Sequence record: PZ357121.2
Length of the DNA stretch: 64,000 nt
Origin: a phage
Reading direction: 5' to 3' (one strand)
Shown here piece after piece: positions 44,317 through 54,225 of this stretch. Numbering within the stretch: the first letter of the stretch is position 1; every line of letters starts with the position of its first letter. A program made the translations under genes and the position numbers. The notes under the pieces were generated by a model, which worked only from the letters and a program-made list of their open reading frames with translations, ran no database searches and was not told the origin of the DNA.

Positions 44317-46001
44317 GAGGCTTTCATTACAGTAAATCGTCCAACTTTGCTCATTTGCAAATGTTGTCCATAAGCTTGTGGGTCATGGTCTCTGTGGCTA
44401 ATTATAAACACGTTTGCATCGGTTAGAGAGTTAAGAATTGTTGAAATAGCTTTAATACCTTCAGAATCAGTCGCGGAATCCATGACTTCGTCCATAATTA
44501 ATGTATTGATTCTAACACCAGAAACCTTTTCAGCAATATCTCGCCATGTAAACAACAGTGCGATATCGATACGTGCCTTTTCACCTTGACTAAATGAAGC
44601 ATAACTAAAGTCTTCACGACCACGTGATTTTATAGATTCATTGAATTCTTCGTCAATAGAAAACACGTAATCAGCTTCCATGATTTTAAGATAATGGTTA
44701 ATCTGCTTATTAAACAGAGGCACATATTTTTTAATGATAGCACCTTTAATACCAGAATCTTTTAACATATCTGTGATAATACCACGATGGTATTTTTCAA
44801 GAACGATATCCGATTTTGTTTTAATGATTTTATCAAGTTCTTTTTGAAGCAAAGCTATCTCATCGGCATGGTCGATAAATTCTGCTGAGGCTTGCTCTAT
44901 TGCAGCTTTAACTTTCTTAGCTTTATCAATAGTGGCAATCATTGCTTGTTTCTTGGTACGAATATCAGATGCAAGGTCCTGCTTAGTCTTAACATTAGCT
45001 CTATATTCATCAACTAGGACACTCAGATTATCTCTGTGACAGGTAAGTTGCTCGAATGAGTGATTACATTCATGAAGCTTATCGGTAATCTTAGAGACAA
45101 TAGGGTCACCCTGGTGCAACTGTGATGCACAAGTAGGACATGTCCCGCCATCATGATACATCTTAATAACTTTGTTGTATGAGTCAATTTTAGATTTAAT
45201 CAAGAATGCTTCTTGTCCTATCTTGTTGAATGCCTCAGTAGGGTCTTCATCAAGAACGATATTAAGTAGACGCTCATTAGCTTCTTCGATTTCTGCTTTT
45301 AATGAACGAGCTTCTTTGGCTAGGTCGTCATACATATTCTGTAGACGCGCTACATTATCGCCAGATAATTTCTTTTGACGTTCGATATTCTCGTTATAAA
45401 TCTTAATTTGTTGGATAATACCATCTTTCTTGGCATCAAGAACTTGTCCCTGAGAATTAAGTTCTCGAACTTGAGACTTATTGATTTTATCCATTTCAGC
45501 GAGTGTGCCGACTTCTAAAAGGTCTTCGACAAGTTTTCTACGAGCAGGGGTGCTAAGAGCCATGAAAGGGGTATACCCTGCCGTCCCAAGCACAACGATC
45601 TGTTTAAAAGACGCGTATGACATTCCGATGCTACGTTCAAATTCTTCTTGGAAGTCACGACTGCTGGCAGATTCATCAAGACGAACACCGTCAACGGAGA
45701 TTTCGAAAATATTGGGCTTTTGGCCACGTTTAATGAAGTATTTTTTATCATCGAATTCCATCCAAAGCTCAACTAAGAGCTCTTTCTTGTTCGTGCTATT
45801 AATGATTTGTCCTTTCTTAACATCACGAAATGGTTTACCGAAAAGTCCGAAAGTAATGGCTTCTAACATCGTAGATTTACCACCGCCATTTTTACCAGTG
45901 ATTAATGTCTTTTGGACTTTATCTAATTGGATATCAATAGGATTCCCACCTACCGACATGATGTTTTGATAACGAACACGATTTAATTTAAATGATTTCA
46001 T
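44313..46001 (-). CDS. 46: recombination nuclease subunit gp46 (Rad50/SbcC-like, 562 aa)
   Basis: ATG ORF; Walker A GKNGGGKST; central coiled coil; C-terminal signature/Walker B region. Confidence 0.95.
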   Translation of the reverse strand: MKSFKLNRVRYQNIMSVGGNPIDIQLDKVQKTLITGKNGGGKSTMLEAITFGLFGKPFRDVKKGQIINSTNKKELLVELWMEFDDKKYFIKRGQKPNIFEISVDGVRLDESASSRDFQEEFERSIGMSYASFKQIVVLGTAGYTPFMALSTPARRKLVEDLLEVGTLAEMDKINKSQVRELNSQGQVLDAKKDGIIQQIKIYNENIERQKKLSGDNVARLQNMYDDLAKEARSLKAEIEEANERLLNIVLDEDPTEAFNKIGQEAFLIKSKIDSYNKVIKMYHDGGTCPTCASQLHQGDPIVSKITDKLHECNHSFEQLTCHRDNLSVLVDEYRANVKTKQDLASDIRTKKQAMIATIDKAKKVKAAIEQASAEFIDHADEIALLQKELDKIIKTKSDIVLEKYHRGIITDMLKDSGIKGAIIKKYVPLFNKQINHYLKIMEADYVFSIDEEFNESIKSRGREDFSYASFSQGEKARIDIALLFTWRDIAEKVSGVRINTLIMDEVMDSATDSEGIKAISTILNSLTDANVFIISHRDHDPQAYGQHLQMSKVGRFTVMKAS

Positions 46002-46249
46002 ATGTATTCTCTTCGAATGAAGTCCTCTACATATTTTAACATGTCATCCCTATCAGCAAAATATTCATCTAGTTCTGCATACATAACAACACCTGGTGCG
46101 TACTCACAGGTAACATACATTGTTCCGAAGAAACGAGGAGATGATTCCTCGTAATTCTCAGTCCATTCAACGATACCAATATAACCGTCACCAATACTAA
46201 ATTCATGACGATGGATTTCATAGTCAGTCTTCGTAGTCATTATAAGCAT
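45998..46249 (-). CDS. hypothetical protein (83 aa)
   Basis: ATG ORF between 47 and 46. Confidence 0.55.
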   Translation of the reverse strand: MLIMTTKTDYEIHRHEFSIGDGYIGIVEWTENYEESSPRFFGTMYVTCEYAPGVVMYAELDEYFADRDDMLKYVEDFIRREYI

Positions 46250-46484
46250 CCTCGATGCAGGCTTCAGCCATTTTCAGAAGAGAACCAGGAGTATCACCGT
46301 CCATTACATTGAAACTGAATTCCACAGCCCAGTCTGTACAGACACGAACTGCTTTAACTTCACCGTCTTCAACTCGTAATGGTTCAATCCAGTATTTCAC
46401 TGTGTTCTCGAATCCGTCGTCGTCAATAACGTCTATTTCAACTTCAAGCCCGAGCCCAGCATTGTTAAATTCATCTAAAGTCAT
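46224..46484 (-). CDS. hypothetical protein (86 aa)
   Basis: ATG ORF overlapping gene 47 stop. Confidence 0.55.
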   Translation of the reverse strand: MTLDEFNNAGLGLEVEIDVIDDDGFENTVKYWIEPLRVEDGEVKAVRVCTDWAVEFSFNVMDGDTPGSLLKMAEACIEDAYNDYED

Positions 46485-47500
46485 TGTGTTGCCTCAATAT
46501 AAAGTTCGTTGGAATATTTGACCAGCGCTTCTCTGTCTTCGTCTGAGATATCTGGAATCGCGTCAATATATTCTTTAATGATATCTTGAAGTGATTTAAT
46601 CTCGATTTCCTGGTCGTCATCAGATTCAACACTGTTATCAACTTTAGAAACCATACGAAGAGAGTGAACTACTTTTTCAAGTTCAGATTCAAACTTAGTC
46701 AAATCTGAATCAATTTCTGATACTATAACACGTACGGCTAGATTAGTATAATCAGAATAATTGATTTTGCCTTTAAACGGATAAGTGATTCGTCGATGCC
46801 ATGTTGTTTCATTAGGAATAAATTCCATACGTTCGACATCAGTGTCAAATACCCAGAATCCGCGCGGGTCGTTCTCATCACCTGCAGTAAGAGTCCATGG
46901 TGTCCCAATATATTTGACGTTAGCAGCTTCAGAGATTGTGTGGAAGTGGCCGGACCAGACTTGTTTATAGGTCTTTAAGAAATCAGGTTCAAGCCCATGA
47001 GACTTCATTCCTTTATAGAAATAAAAGCCGTTCAGTTCCCAGTGACCAACACAATATGCAGCAGAAGAAGTCTTGATGTGCTCTAAGATTTCACCTGTAT
47101 TTTCTTCACACATCCATGGAACGATATCAATCAGGCATCCGTCAAAATCTACAGTAGTTGGATGTTCGTAAATAGTAAAGTTTTCAAATTGAGTTAACAA
47201 TTCAGAAACAGTGTTAGGTGTTATTGTATTCTTAAACGCCATGTCATGGTTTCCTATCGTGACATGAACGTGAATGCCTGCTTTAGAAATCATATCAACG
47301 ATTTCACGATTGAATTCCATTGTACGATGTGTTATTGCTTTACGGACGTCAAACCAATCACCGTACTGAATCCAAGTTTTAATCCCGTGTTTCTTAGAGT
47401 ATTCAATTGCTTGTCGAATACCATCACGTTGAATATCTTGAACCCATGGGTCGTCTTGTTTGACTCCGATATGGAAGTCGCCTAAGTGCAAAATTTTCAT
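46481..47500 (-). CDS. 47: recombination nuclease subunit gp47 (Mre11/SbcD-like, 339 aa)
   Basis: ATG ORF with GAGGAA SD; calcineurin-type phosphoesterase motifs (LHLGDFH, GNHD). Confidence 0.95.
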   Translation of the reverse strand: MKILHLGDFHIGVKQDDPWVQDIQRDGIRQAIEYSKKHGIKTWIQYGDWFDVRKAITHRTMEFNREIVDMISKAGIHVHVTIGNHDMAFKNTITPNTVSELLTQFENFTIYEHPTTVDFDGCLIDIVPWMCEENTGEILEHIKTSSAAYCVGHWELNGFYFYKGMKSHGLEPDFLKTYKQVWSGHFHTISEAANVKYIGTPWTLTAGDENDPRGFWVFDTDVERMEFIPNETTWHRRITYPFKGKINYSDYTNLAVRVIVSEIDSDLTKFESELEKVVHSLRMVSKVDNSVESDDDQEIEIKSLQDIIKEYIDAIPDISDEDREALVKYSNELYIEATQ

Positions 47501-47552
47501 ATTATTTCCTCATTAGTTAATTCATTCTATCATCCGTTTATAAAGCAAAAAA

Positions 47553-47570
47553 GGAACTCCGAAGAGTTCC
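47553..47570 (-). terminator. rho-independent terminator
   Basis: GGAACTC-CGAA-GAGTTCC hairpin followed on - strand by TTTTTTGCTTT. Confidence 0.6.
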
Positions 47571-47743
47571 TATCCACATAGTACACCGTACAGAGGCTCA
47601 TTTGAACTTTTAAATCGAATGGGCTTGTACGTAATAGTTCCTTCGGCTTTAGCTTTATCATAAGACTCTTTAAAACGTCTCATTCTTTCTGCTTTGCCTT
47701 TACGGATTTTATCAAAATTTTCAGAAGTCGGGATGTTCGTCAT
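47570..47743 (-). CDS. hypothetical basic protein (57 aa)
   Basis: ORF below cutoff with GAGAGGTG SD; stop immediately precedes terminator. Confidence 0.45.
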   Translation of the reverse strand: MTNIPTSENFDKIRKGKAERMRRFKESYDKAKAEGTITYKPIRFKSSNEPLYGVLCG

Positions 47744-47782
47744 GCATAAGCACCTCTCAGAAAATGCCTAAATCGATTTCTC

Positions 47783-47989
47783 TCATCGTTTCCACCATTT
47801 CTTAACTTGAAATGAATCAACCCACACGAGTTGTTTTGGATCTGCCTTTACAATAGGCGGACAAATTTCTGTAATAGAACCGTCGTGATATTCCTTTTCG
47901 GAAATTTTAACACAAAGAGGACCACCCAATTTAACGGTGAACCCTGCGTTCAGCTTCAGACGTTTAAACTTTGTTTGAACTAGCGCCAT
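47783..47989 (-). CDS. hypothetical protein (68 aa)
   Basis: ATG at 47989 (track start is TTG); 26-nt overlap with upstream gene; weak SD. Confidence 0.3.
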   Translation of the reverse strand: MALVQTKFKRLKLNAGFTVKLGGPLCVKISEKEYHDGSITEICPPIVKADPKQLVWVDSFQVKKWWKR

Positions 47990-48287
47990 TAATGATGTCC
48001 TCAATAGCCTGACGAGTAGTAACCCACTGGATTTTAATTAACTTGTCATTATACGGTTGTCGTAGAATATCCCGAGATTTCTTAATAGCATATTCGTAAG
48101 CTTCGAAGTTGTTTTGAATTGCTGCTTCTTGAGCATGTGCATAAAGACGGTTTAGTTCAAAACGATTCTTTTTAAGAATCTTTTCGGATTTTTTACGTGC
48201 TTCAGCTTCATTTTTCTTTTGGATTTCTTGTAGCATTTTAGCTACTGCATCTTCTGCTTCTTTATTTTCAATAATCTCGGTAGTCAT
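47964..48287 (-). CDS. hypothetical protein (107 aa)
   Basis: ATG ORF, charged/helical. Confidence 0.55.
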   Translation of the reverse strand: MTTEIIENKEAEDAVAKMLQEIQKKNEAEARKKSEKILKKNRFELNRLYAHAQEAAIQNNFEAYEYAIKKSRDILRQPYNDKLIKIQWVTTRQAIEDIINGASSNKV

Positions 48288-48288
48288 A

Positions 48289-48498
48289 TTATCTCATTAA
48301 ATTAAAATAAAAACGTCCATCCTCTTCAATACAGAACTCATACTCAACTGGAGTCCCATTTATTGAAAATGACACGTCATGTGGGTTCAAAGGGTCGATG
48401 TCAAAATTAATTTTAAATTCACGACCCAACAGTTTTACCAAATAAGGGATTGCTTCGTCAAAAGGTTCTTCTAAGTAGTTAGAGATGTCAATTGTCAT
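48289..48498 (-). CDS. hypothetical protein (69 aa)
   Basis: Internal ATG chosen (11-nt overlap with gene 55); track ORF overlaps gene 55 by 95 nt. Confidence 0.45.
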   Translation of the reverse strand: MTIDISNYLEEPFDEAIPYLVKLLGREFKINFDIDPLNPHDVSFSINGTPVEYEFCIEEDGRFYFNLMR

Positions 48499-49045
48499 CC
48501 TCATATAAAAAATCCAAACTAGGCGAATCGCTAACAACTTCCTTCTTTTCAGCCCCAGGAGCTTTATAAGCGGATTCTTCATAATGCGTCATTTTATCGT
48601 AGATGTCTTGAATAAACGTTTCATCTACCAACGCTACCATATCATCGTCATGACTGTCGTAGACATTATGAACGAAGTAACTATATTTCTTTGCAACTTC
48701 CTTACGTTCTTTTTTGATACGTTGGACAAAAGCATTAAAACAAGCTCGAGTTATGTATGCATGTGGGTTATTGTACTTAGTTTCGTCGAAATTATGAAGT
48801 CCCTTAATAGAGGCTTCAATCCCATCTGCAATCATCTCCTGCTTCCAAGACTGGGTATATCCTGAAAAGTTGAAACGTTTGGACAGGCCTTCGGCGATAA
48901 GCATAATTGCTAAACCGATGGTATCATTCTGACGAATAATTTTGTTTGGGTCTTTATTATTTAAGAGCTCCTTTTTCCACTCGATTATAGCGGCGAGAAG
49001 CTCTTTATTATTCACATAGTTATTTTTAGGTTTTTGTTCAGTCAT
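48488..49045 (-). CDS. 55: late sigma factor gp55 (185 aa)
   Basis: ATG at 49045 with AAGAGGT SD; ...[10 protein letters not shown]...[52 protein letters not shown]... matches recalled T4 gp55; 185 aa. Confidence 0.9.
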   Translation of the reverse strand: MTEQKPKNNYVNNKELLAAIIEWKKELLNNKDPNKIIRQNDTIGLAIMLIAEGLSKRFNFSGYTQSWKQEMIADGIEASIKGLHNFDETKYNNPHAYITRACFNAFVQRIKKERKEVAKKYSYFVHNVYDSHDDDMVALVDETFIQDIYDKMTHYEESAYKAPGAEKKEVVSDSPSLDFLYEDDN

Positions 49046-49117
49046 AAGTACCTCTTGGCTCAATTCATAGGTCTATTATATCATAATATTTAGAGACCTA
49101 TCTTAAAGCACGAGATA

Positions 49118-49387
49118 CTATCGGAGCAAACAATAAGCCTGAAACACTTTTTCCATTAAACGTTTGAACTCATGGATATCGATATAAAGCTCAGTAAGAC
49201 CGGCATTATAAAGAAAATCTAAAAAGTTCTCATGTGTTTCGTTATAGTCGCCTTCGTTTAATTGAGATACATGAGTTTCCCAAAAACCAACACCTTTAAC
49301 AAATGGAAAATACGTAACTTTCATAAAGTTGTCGACGTAAAATTCACCCAGCTTTTCTTCAGTTATACTGATTCGAGTTAATTTCAT
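49118..49387 (-). CDS. hypothetical protein (89 aa)
   Basis: ATG ORF. Confidence 0.55.
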   Translation of the reverse strand: MKLTRISITEEKLGEFYVDNFMKVTYFPFVKGVGFWETHVSQLNEGDYNETHENFLDFLYNAGLTELYIDIHEFKRLMEKVFQAYCLLR

Positions 49388-49611
49388 TCTAGTTCCTTTG
49401 CTGCTTCAAGAGCAACATCCAGCGAATCAAATTGGTCTACGAAATCAATATTCAACGCATCATCAACCGTAGCATATAACCACCATTGTTTGAATTCGTA
49501 TTCTAGAATAAATCCAGGACCTTCAATCTGAGGAAGACCTAGGCTATTTGTACCAACTTCGTAACCAGCTAGACGCAGGTCATTAATCAAAGTTTCTGTT
49601 AATACGCTCAT
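49384..49611 (-). CDS. hypothetical protein (75 aa)
   Basis: ATG ORF with ATGA-type overlap. Confidence 0.55.
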   Translation of the reverse strand: MSVLTETLINDLRLAGYEVGTNSLGLPQIEGPGFILEYEFKQWWLYATVDDALNIDFVDQFDSLDVALEAAKELE

Positions 49612-49940
49612 TTTGCCGCCTTAACAATTTTCAGGTCAACGAATTTTTTCTTACGTTGATTTTTCATACGACGGATAGTCTTTTCAGAGATTTCATGTTT
49701 CTGATAAGCTTTAGATTCAACACCAAATGCAGCAACGTCAAATTCAGAAAGAATATATTGTACTAGAATTTCACGAATAGAATTACGTCCAATTTTCTGG
49801 TCGTGTTTTTGCATGATTTCATAAAGACGGAATTCCCACGCATCAAGAACTTGAGGAGTAACAATATTGCCAGATTCCAGAAGAGCAACAACTTTATCGA
49901 AAGCGAAAGAATTAACTACGTTTTTGATTTTAGTAGACAT
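49608..49940 (-). CDS. hypothetical protein (110 aa)
   Basis: ATG at 49940 with GAGGAA SD; track N-terminal extension overlaps promoter. Confidence 0.55.
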   Translation of the reverse strand: MSTKIKNVVNSFAFDKVVALLESGNIVTPQVLDAWEFRLYEIMQKHDQKIGRNSIREILVQYILSEFDVAAFGVESKAYQKHEISEKTIRRMKNQRKKKFVDLKIVKAAK

Positions 49941-49977
49941 ATTATTTTCCTCGGTTATTTTATTATCCAACGAGAGA

Positions 49978-50006
49978 ATTATACTCATCTCTCAAGAGTT
50001 TGTATA
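49978..50006 (-). promoter_or_regulatory. early promoter cassette (-35 TATACA, 17 nt, -10 TATAAT) with 6-bp inverted repeat
   Basis: About 35-bp near-identical copy of the ndd promoter at 5382-5416. Confidence 0.55.
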
Positions 50007-50246
50007 CTATTTTTTAAGCATGAAAAGTAAGTAATTTGTATCACGTGGAGTAATATCAACACCCATATCAAAGATGCCTTTATAGATTGGGTATTTGTTT
50101 TCGGTTGTATCGAAGCTGAAACTATTTCCATCACAACTAACAGTAATAGCATCTGTTAAAATGTCATACTCAATCCTAACAATTGAATCCCCAATTTTAA
50201 CGTCGAGGTGTTTTTTGAATTTGATAAAATCTAATTCTTGGGCCAT
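50007..50246 (-). CDS. hypothetical protein (79 aa)
   Basis: ATG ORF. Confidence 0.55.
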   Translation of the reverse strand: MAQELDFIKFKKHLDVKIGDSIVRIEYDILTDAITVSCDGNSFSFDTTENKYPIYKGIFDMGVDITPRDTNYLLFMLKK

Positions 50247-50277
50247 GATATTTTCCTCATTTTAAGACGATAGGAAG

Positions 50278-50306
50278 ATAATAACATGTCTTCCTATCGT
50301 TGTACA
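50278..50306 (-). promoter_or_regulatory. T4-type early promoter (-35 TGTACA, 17 nt, -10 TATTAT) inside 10-bp inverted repeat
   Basis: GATAGGAAGA / TCTTCCTATC brackets the -10. Confidence 0.55.
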
Positions 50307-50309
50307 TTA

Positions 50310-50510
50310 TTAACCGAACTTTTTAGCGCCTTTCCAGCCTTCGTACATAACTGCACAAGTCAGTAGTACAGCGTGCTGGCATTCTTTGTATTTGTAAATC
50401 CAGAACCAGCGTAAGAAGTCTTCATCCTCAACGCCGTTGAGTTTCATATTGGCAAAGAATTCGGCACGTTCTTCACGAAGCTTTTGCGATAACATAGATT
50501 CAGGATTCAT
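50310..50510 (-). CDS. hypothetical protein (66 aa)
   Basis: ATG ORF. Confidence 0.5.
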   Translation of the reverse strand: MNPESMLSQKLREERAEFFANMKLNGVEDEDFLRWFWIYKYKECQHAVLLTCAVMYEGWKGAKKFG

Positions 50511-50641
50511 TTTGTGTTCCAGGCCCCATTTTCATCGATGAACTTAATCCAGTCATTTACAGACCATTTAGTTGTATCACCCTTTGGATTAACATTTAAA
50601 GTATATAATCCCTGCTTAAAAAGCATTCGTTTGATATTCAT
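50507..50641 (-). CDS. hypothetical protein (44 aa)
   Basis: Internal ATG with GAGGAAAT SD; track ORF 50507-50734 overlaps upstream gene. Confidence 0.4.
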   Translation of the reverse strand: MNIKRMLFKQGLYTLNVNPKGDTTKWSVNDWIKFIDENGAWNTK

Positions 50642-50648
50642 AATTTCC

Positions 50649-50942
50649 TCAACTGTAACGATAACATTCGTTAGCTTTACGTTTGGCTTCAGTATGAGAA
50701 GTATTATAATCATACTCTTCTTTACTGTAAACATCTTTTTTCAACTTACGAACTTCTTTGCGGAGTTGTCGATTCATTTCATTCTTGACTTCAGAATCAA
50801 CGCCTTTCATACGCTTCCATTTATCAGAGCGGAATATGTTTTCAACCATGTCTTTGTGGCTAACACCGTCAGGAGCTTTACGCTTACCAAAATAGTCGTA
50901 ATCGCGAACTTTCAAATCTTTACGACGATATGTTTTACCCAT
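50649..50942 (-). CDS. hypothetical basic protein (97 aa)
   Basis: ATG at 50942 with GAGGT SD (track start is TTG). Confidence 0.5.
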   Translation of the reverse strand: MGKTYRRKDLKVRDYDYFGKRKAPDGVSHKDMVENIFRSDKWKRMKGVDSEVKNEMNRQLRKEVRKLKKDVYSKEEYDYNTSHTEAKRKANECYRYS

Positions 50943-50949
50943 AAGTACC

Positions 50950-51198
50950 TCAGAGGTTGATTGATACAACGCGTTTGATAAAATTCACTTCACTTACTGA
51001 AAGGTCTTTAAGACCGATTGATTCTAAACGCTGAGTAAGCGTCAACATCGGGATATAATCCCAATGAGTTTTATTTGCTTGATAAGTACGAACGCCATTA
51101 GCAATTTCAACGTTCAAATCAGAAATGGTAATGAATATCGGACGTTCGTCATTAACTTTAAGGGTTAGAACAACTTTCTTTGAATCTAAACTAATCAT
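50950..51198 (-). CDS. hypothetical protein (82 aa)
   Basis: ATG ORF. Confidence 0.5.
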   Translation of the reverse strand: MISLDSKKVVLTLKVNDERPIFITISDLNVEIANGVRTYQANKTHWDYIPMLTLTQRLESIGLKDLSVSEVNFIKRVVSINL

Positions 51199-51377
51199 GA
51201 CTTAATTTCCTTCGCAATTGAACAGAAGATACCACGGTCACAAAGCATTTCACCAATTTCTGGATATTTGATTGAACGGTACCAAACATCCAGGTTTGAA
51301 ACTTTGGTTATCTGTACTGCATTACCGTTGACAGAATAGTACTGGTCAACCTTAATTTCTTTATCTTCAATTGTCAT
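51195..51377 (-). CDS. hypothetical protein (60 aa)
   Basis: ATG at 51377 with GAGGAA SD; track N-terminal extension overlaps promoter. Confidence 0.45.
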   Translation of the reverse strand: MTIEDKEIKVDQYYSVNGNAVQITKVSNLDVWYRSIKYPEIGEMLCDRGIFCSIAKEIKS

Positions 51378-51405
51378 TTTATTTTCCTCTATAGTAGATG
51401 GTTTA

Positions 51406-51434
51406 ATCTTAACACATTTATTGAGGATGTAAAC
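51406..51434 (-). promoter_or_regulatory. T4-type early promoter (-35 GTTTAC, 17 nt, -10 TAAGAT)
   Basis: Minus strand motif. Confidence 0.45.
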
Positions 51435-51543
51435 TGTTTTATGAAAATATTTTTTGATTTGAGAGGGGCACAAGGAGATAGTGAAGTGAAGATTCCAATG
51501 GATTATATTAGAAATGAGATAAAGAAGACCAGGCGGCACCTGG

Positions 51544-51867
51544 TCAATCTTCTATGATATCAGAGTCATATCCTAATGAAATCAAGGACTTTTTAAACTC
51601 TGCAATATTCTTTTGTTTCTTATCATTTAAAAATATGACAGGATAACGAATATTAAGTGAAGTGAATCCTGCACGTTTAGCAAGAGATACGATTAAAGGA
51701 CGGTCATATTCAATCTTACCATTATTAGTGAGGACTTTATAAAATGTATAAGGAGCATTGAGCTCCTTTAAAAGTTTTGTAACAGTATAACATCCTGGAC
51801 AACGTCCAACTTCTTCAGGGATGCCATAAATTTCAATCTTGTTCTTTAAGTTCGAGTTTTGTTCCAC
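51544..51867 (-). CDS. nrdH: glutaredoxin-like protein, NrdH-like (about 107 aa; start uncertain)
   Basis: Thioredoxin-fold pattern IEIYG...CPGC; no in-frame ATG after upstream stop, so GTG at 51867 with AAGGA SD is proposed; position next to nrdG as T4 nrdH. Confidence 0.45.
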   Translation of the reverse strand: MEQNSNLKNKIEIYGIPEEVGRCPGCYTVTKLLKELNAPYTFYKVLTNNGKIEYDRPLIVSLAKRAGFTSLNIRYPVIFLNDKKQKNIAEFKKSLISLGYDSDIIED

Positions 51868-52150
51868 GAGAAATAATTCCTTGGTAAGCCCAATAAGGAG
51901 GATTAACAGAATCCTCGCCAGAGTTTTCTTCAGGAAAATAAACCTGGATAACGAAGCCGGATTCATCAAAGGTAAAATAAACCGTAGGCAGTTCACCTAA
52001 CAAATCGGCACGAGCGTTGATTTCTTCGAGGTCTTGTTCACGTCCAGCCCAGAAGCTTGGGTTCAGACTACATTCATAGAAATAATAGTCATTACCGAAC
52101 ATATCAAAACCATTCCAACTCTCTACTACATACCGCTCAAAACTAATCAT
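51833..52150 (-). CDS. hypothetical protein (105 aa)
   Basis: ATG ORF. Confidence 0.55.
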   Translation of the reverse strand: MISFERYVVESWNGFDMFGNDYYFYECSLNPSFWAGREQDLEEINARADLLGELPTVYFTFDESGFVIQVYFPEENSGEDSVNPPYWAYQGIISRGTKLELKEQD

Positions 52151-52152
52151 AA

Positions 52153-52368
52153 TTAAGCCTTTTTATCAAGAACAGAGTTCAGTTTATTAGTAATTTTGTC
52201 CAAACGTTCATTGAATTCGCTGGAGGATAAACCCTTTTCTGGAGAAATTAAACTAATCACGAAAAATACACCAGTAAAAGGAATAAGAAAAATAGCTCCA
52301 ACTGCCATAAACAAAAAGAACGTTACAGTTGTAAGAAAATCAGCTAAACCTTTACGAAATTTGTACAT
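52153..52368 (-). CDS. small membrane protein (71 aa)
   Basis: ATG ORF with hydrophobic core. Confidence 0.5.
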   Translation of the reverse strand: MYKFRKGLADFLTTVTFFLFMAVGAIFLIPFTGVFFVISLISPEKGLSSSEFNERLDKITNKLNSVLDKKA

Positions 52369-52478
52369 ATTTACCCTTAATTAACTAAGCATTGATAATC
52401 ATTAAACTATATTGCGAATAAAATTCTGGACCAAAACGAAAAATCATATCATTTATAGTATCCATAATGTAATTCAAT

Positions 52479-52949
52479 TTAATCATGTTTCCACACCCCA
52501 TCGGTATTTGACCAAAGTCGCTGATTATCTGATCCTCGCCACAGCTTTTTAGTCGGAAGATTTTTCTCATACTTCCCATCAATAATAACATCAACATATT
52601 TAAGCATTTCTAGTTGTTTAATATCTTCAAACTTATATCCTGTCCACAACCAAATGCTTTTATTGGGATAAAGATTTTTTACTGTTTGAGCAATGCAATG
52701 AATAACATCTCGGTTATCAGGATAGAGAGGGTCACCTCCGGTTATAGTTAATCCTTCTATATAATCATTATTCAAACATTCAATTAATTGTTCTAGTGTT
52801 TCACCAGTGAATGGAACACCATTTCTAGCATTCCATGTTGATTTATTATAACACCCTTCGCATTTATGCAAACAACCTGTAACGAAAAGAACGACCCTGC
52901 ATCCAGGACCATTCACAAAATCGCAAGGATAAAATCTATCATAATTCAT
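52479..52949 (-). CDS. nrdG: anaerobic ribonucleotide reductase activating protein NrdG (radical SAM, 156 aa)
   Basis: ATG ORF; N-terminal Cys cluster CLHKCEGCYN typical of RNR activases; overlaps nrdD stop. Confidence 0.9.
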   Translation of the reverse strand: MNYDRFYPCDFVNGPGCRVVLFVTGCLHKCEGCYNKSTWNARNGVPFTGETLEQLIECLNNDYIEGLTITGGDPLYPDNRDVIHCIAQTVKNLYPNKSIWLWTGYKFEDIKQLEMLKYVDVIIDGKYEKNLPTKKLWRGSDNQRLWSNTDGVWKHD

Positions 52950-54225
52950 TGGTGTTTAACCCTATGCATGATTTCTTTATTTTTACCGAGATTAAATCCG
53001 CGTTCGTTCGGATTTCCCAAATAACCACATGTTCTTCTTATTGTGTTCATCTTTTTAGGATCAGTTTCTCCACAAACTGAACAAACAAATCCGTTTTCAG
53101 TAGGAGTCATTTCATGGGTACTTCCGCATGTAAAACATTTATCTACTGGCATATTAACACCAAAATAATCTAAATGTTGTGCAGCATAATCCCATACGGC
53201 CTCAAGACCTTTTAGGTTATTTTTCATATCAGGAAGTTCAACATAAGAAATGTGACCGCCGGTCGCTATGAAATGATATGGCGCTTCACGAGAAATCTTT
53301 TCAAACGGAGTAATATTTTCTTCTACTGAAACGTGGAAACTGTTAGTGTACCAGCCTTTATCGGTAACATCCTTTACACTTCCATATTTTTCTGTATCGA
53401 GTTTACAGAAGCGATAACAAAGGTTTTCAGCAGGAGTCGAATATAAACTAAAAGCAAAACCGGTTCTTTCAGTCCACTGCTTAAGATGAGCATTCATTTT
53501 AGTTAAAATTTCTTGTCCAATATCACGACCGACAAGAATATTCAATTCGTGAATACCAATGTATCCTAAGGACACTGAACTTCTACCGTTTTTAAATAAC
53601 TCAATTATATCGTCATCAGGTTTAAGACGAACCCCGAATGCACCTTCTTGGTAAAGAATAGGAGCAACAGTCGCTTTAACACCCTTTAAAGAACTAATTC
53701 TACACATCAAGGCTTCAAAACACAGATCCATTCGTTCATTAAACAACTCGATAAATTTCTGTTCATTGAACTGTGTTCCAATATAAGAATCTAATGCGAT
53801 GCGAGGAAGATTCAGCGTTACAACACCGAGATTATTACGTCCATCAAGAATTTCATTACCAGTCGAATCTTTCCATACGCTCAAGAAACTACGGCAACCC
53901 ATTGGAGAAACTGGAACTGAAGAACCGGTAATAGCTTTATTATTCTTAACCGAAATAATGTCAGGATACATTCTTTTGCTTGCGCATTCTAACGCAAGTT
54001 GTTTAATATCATAGTTCGGATCATCTTTATAAAGATTAACACCTTCTTCAACAAACATAACAAGTTTAGGAAAAATAGGAGTTATTCCATCACGACCAAG
54101 ACCTTTAATGCGGTTTTTAAGAATTGCCTTCTGAATAATTCGTTCAGTCCAGTCAATTCCCGTACCAAATGTAATTGTCACAAAAGGCGTTTGTCCATTA
54201 GAGCTGAAAAGTGTATTTACTTCAT
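52946..54225 (-). CDS. nrdD: anaerobic ribonucleotide reductase NrdD, exon 2
   Basis: Reading frame continues NrdD (...EVNTLFSSNGQTPF...) to the glycyl-radical C-terminus; 3' splice site placed after intron-terminal G so that exon1 T + AT GAA GTA gives ...QAYEYEVNTLF; spliced product 605 aa as T4 NrdD. Confidence 0.8.

Noticed and set aside
47500-48488. Search for alpha-glucosyltransferase between genes 47 and 55
   Set aside because: Only small ORFs of 107 aa or less are present; no glycosyltransferase-sized frame on either strand
51544-51996. 150-aa version of the NrdH-like ORF
   Set aside because: The N-terminal 40 codons overlap the well-supported upstream gene and are hydrophobic low-complexity sequence; the glutaredoxin fold begins near the proposed GTG
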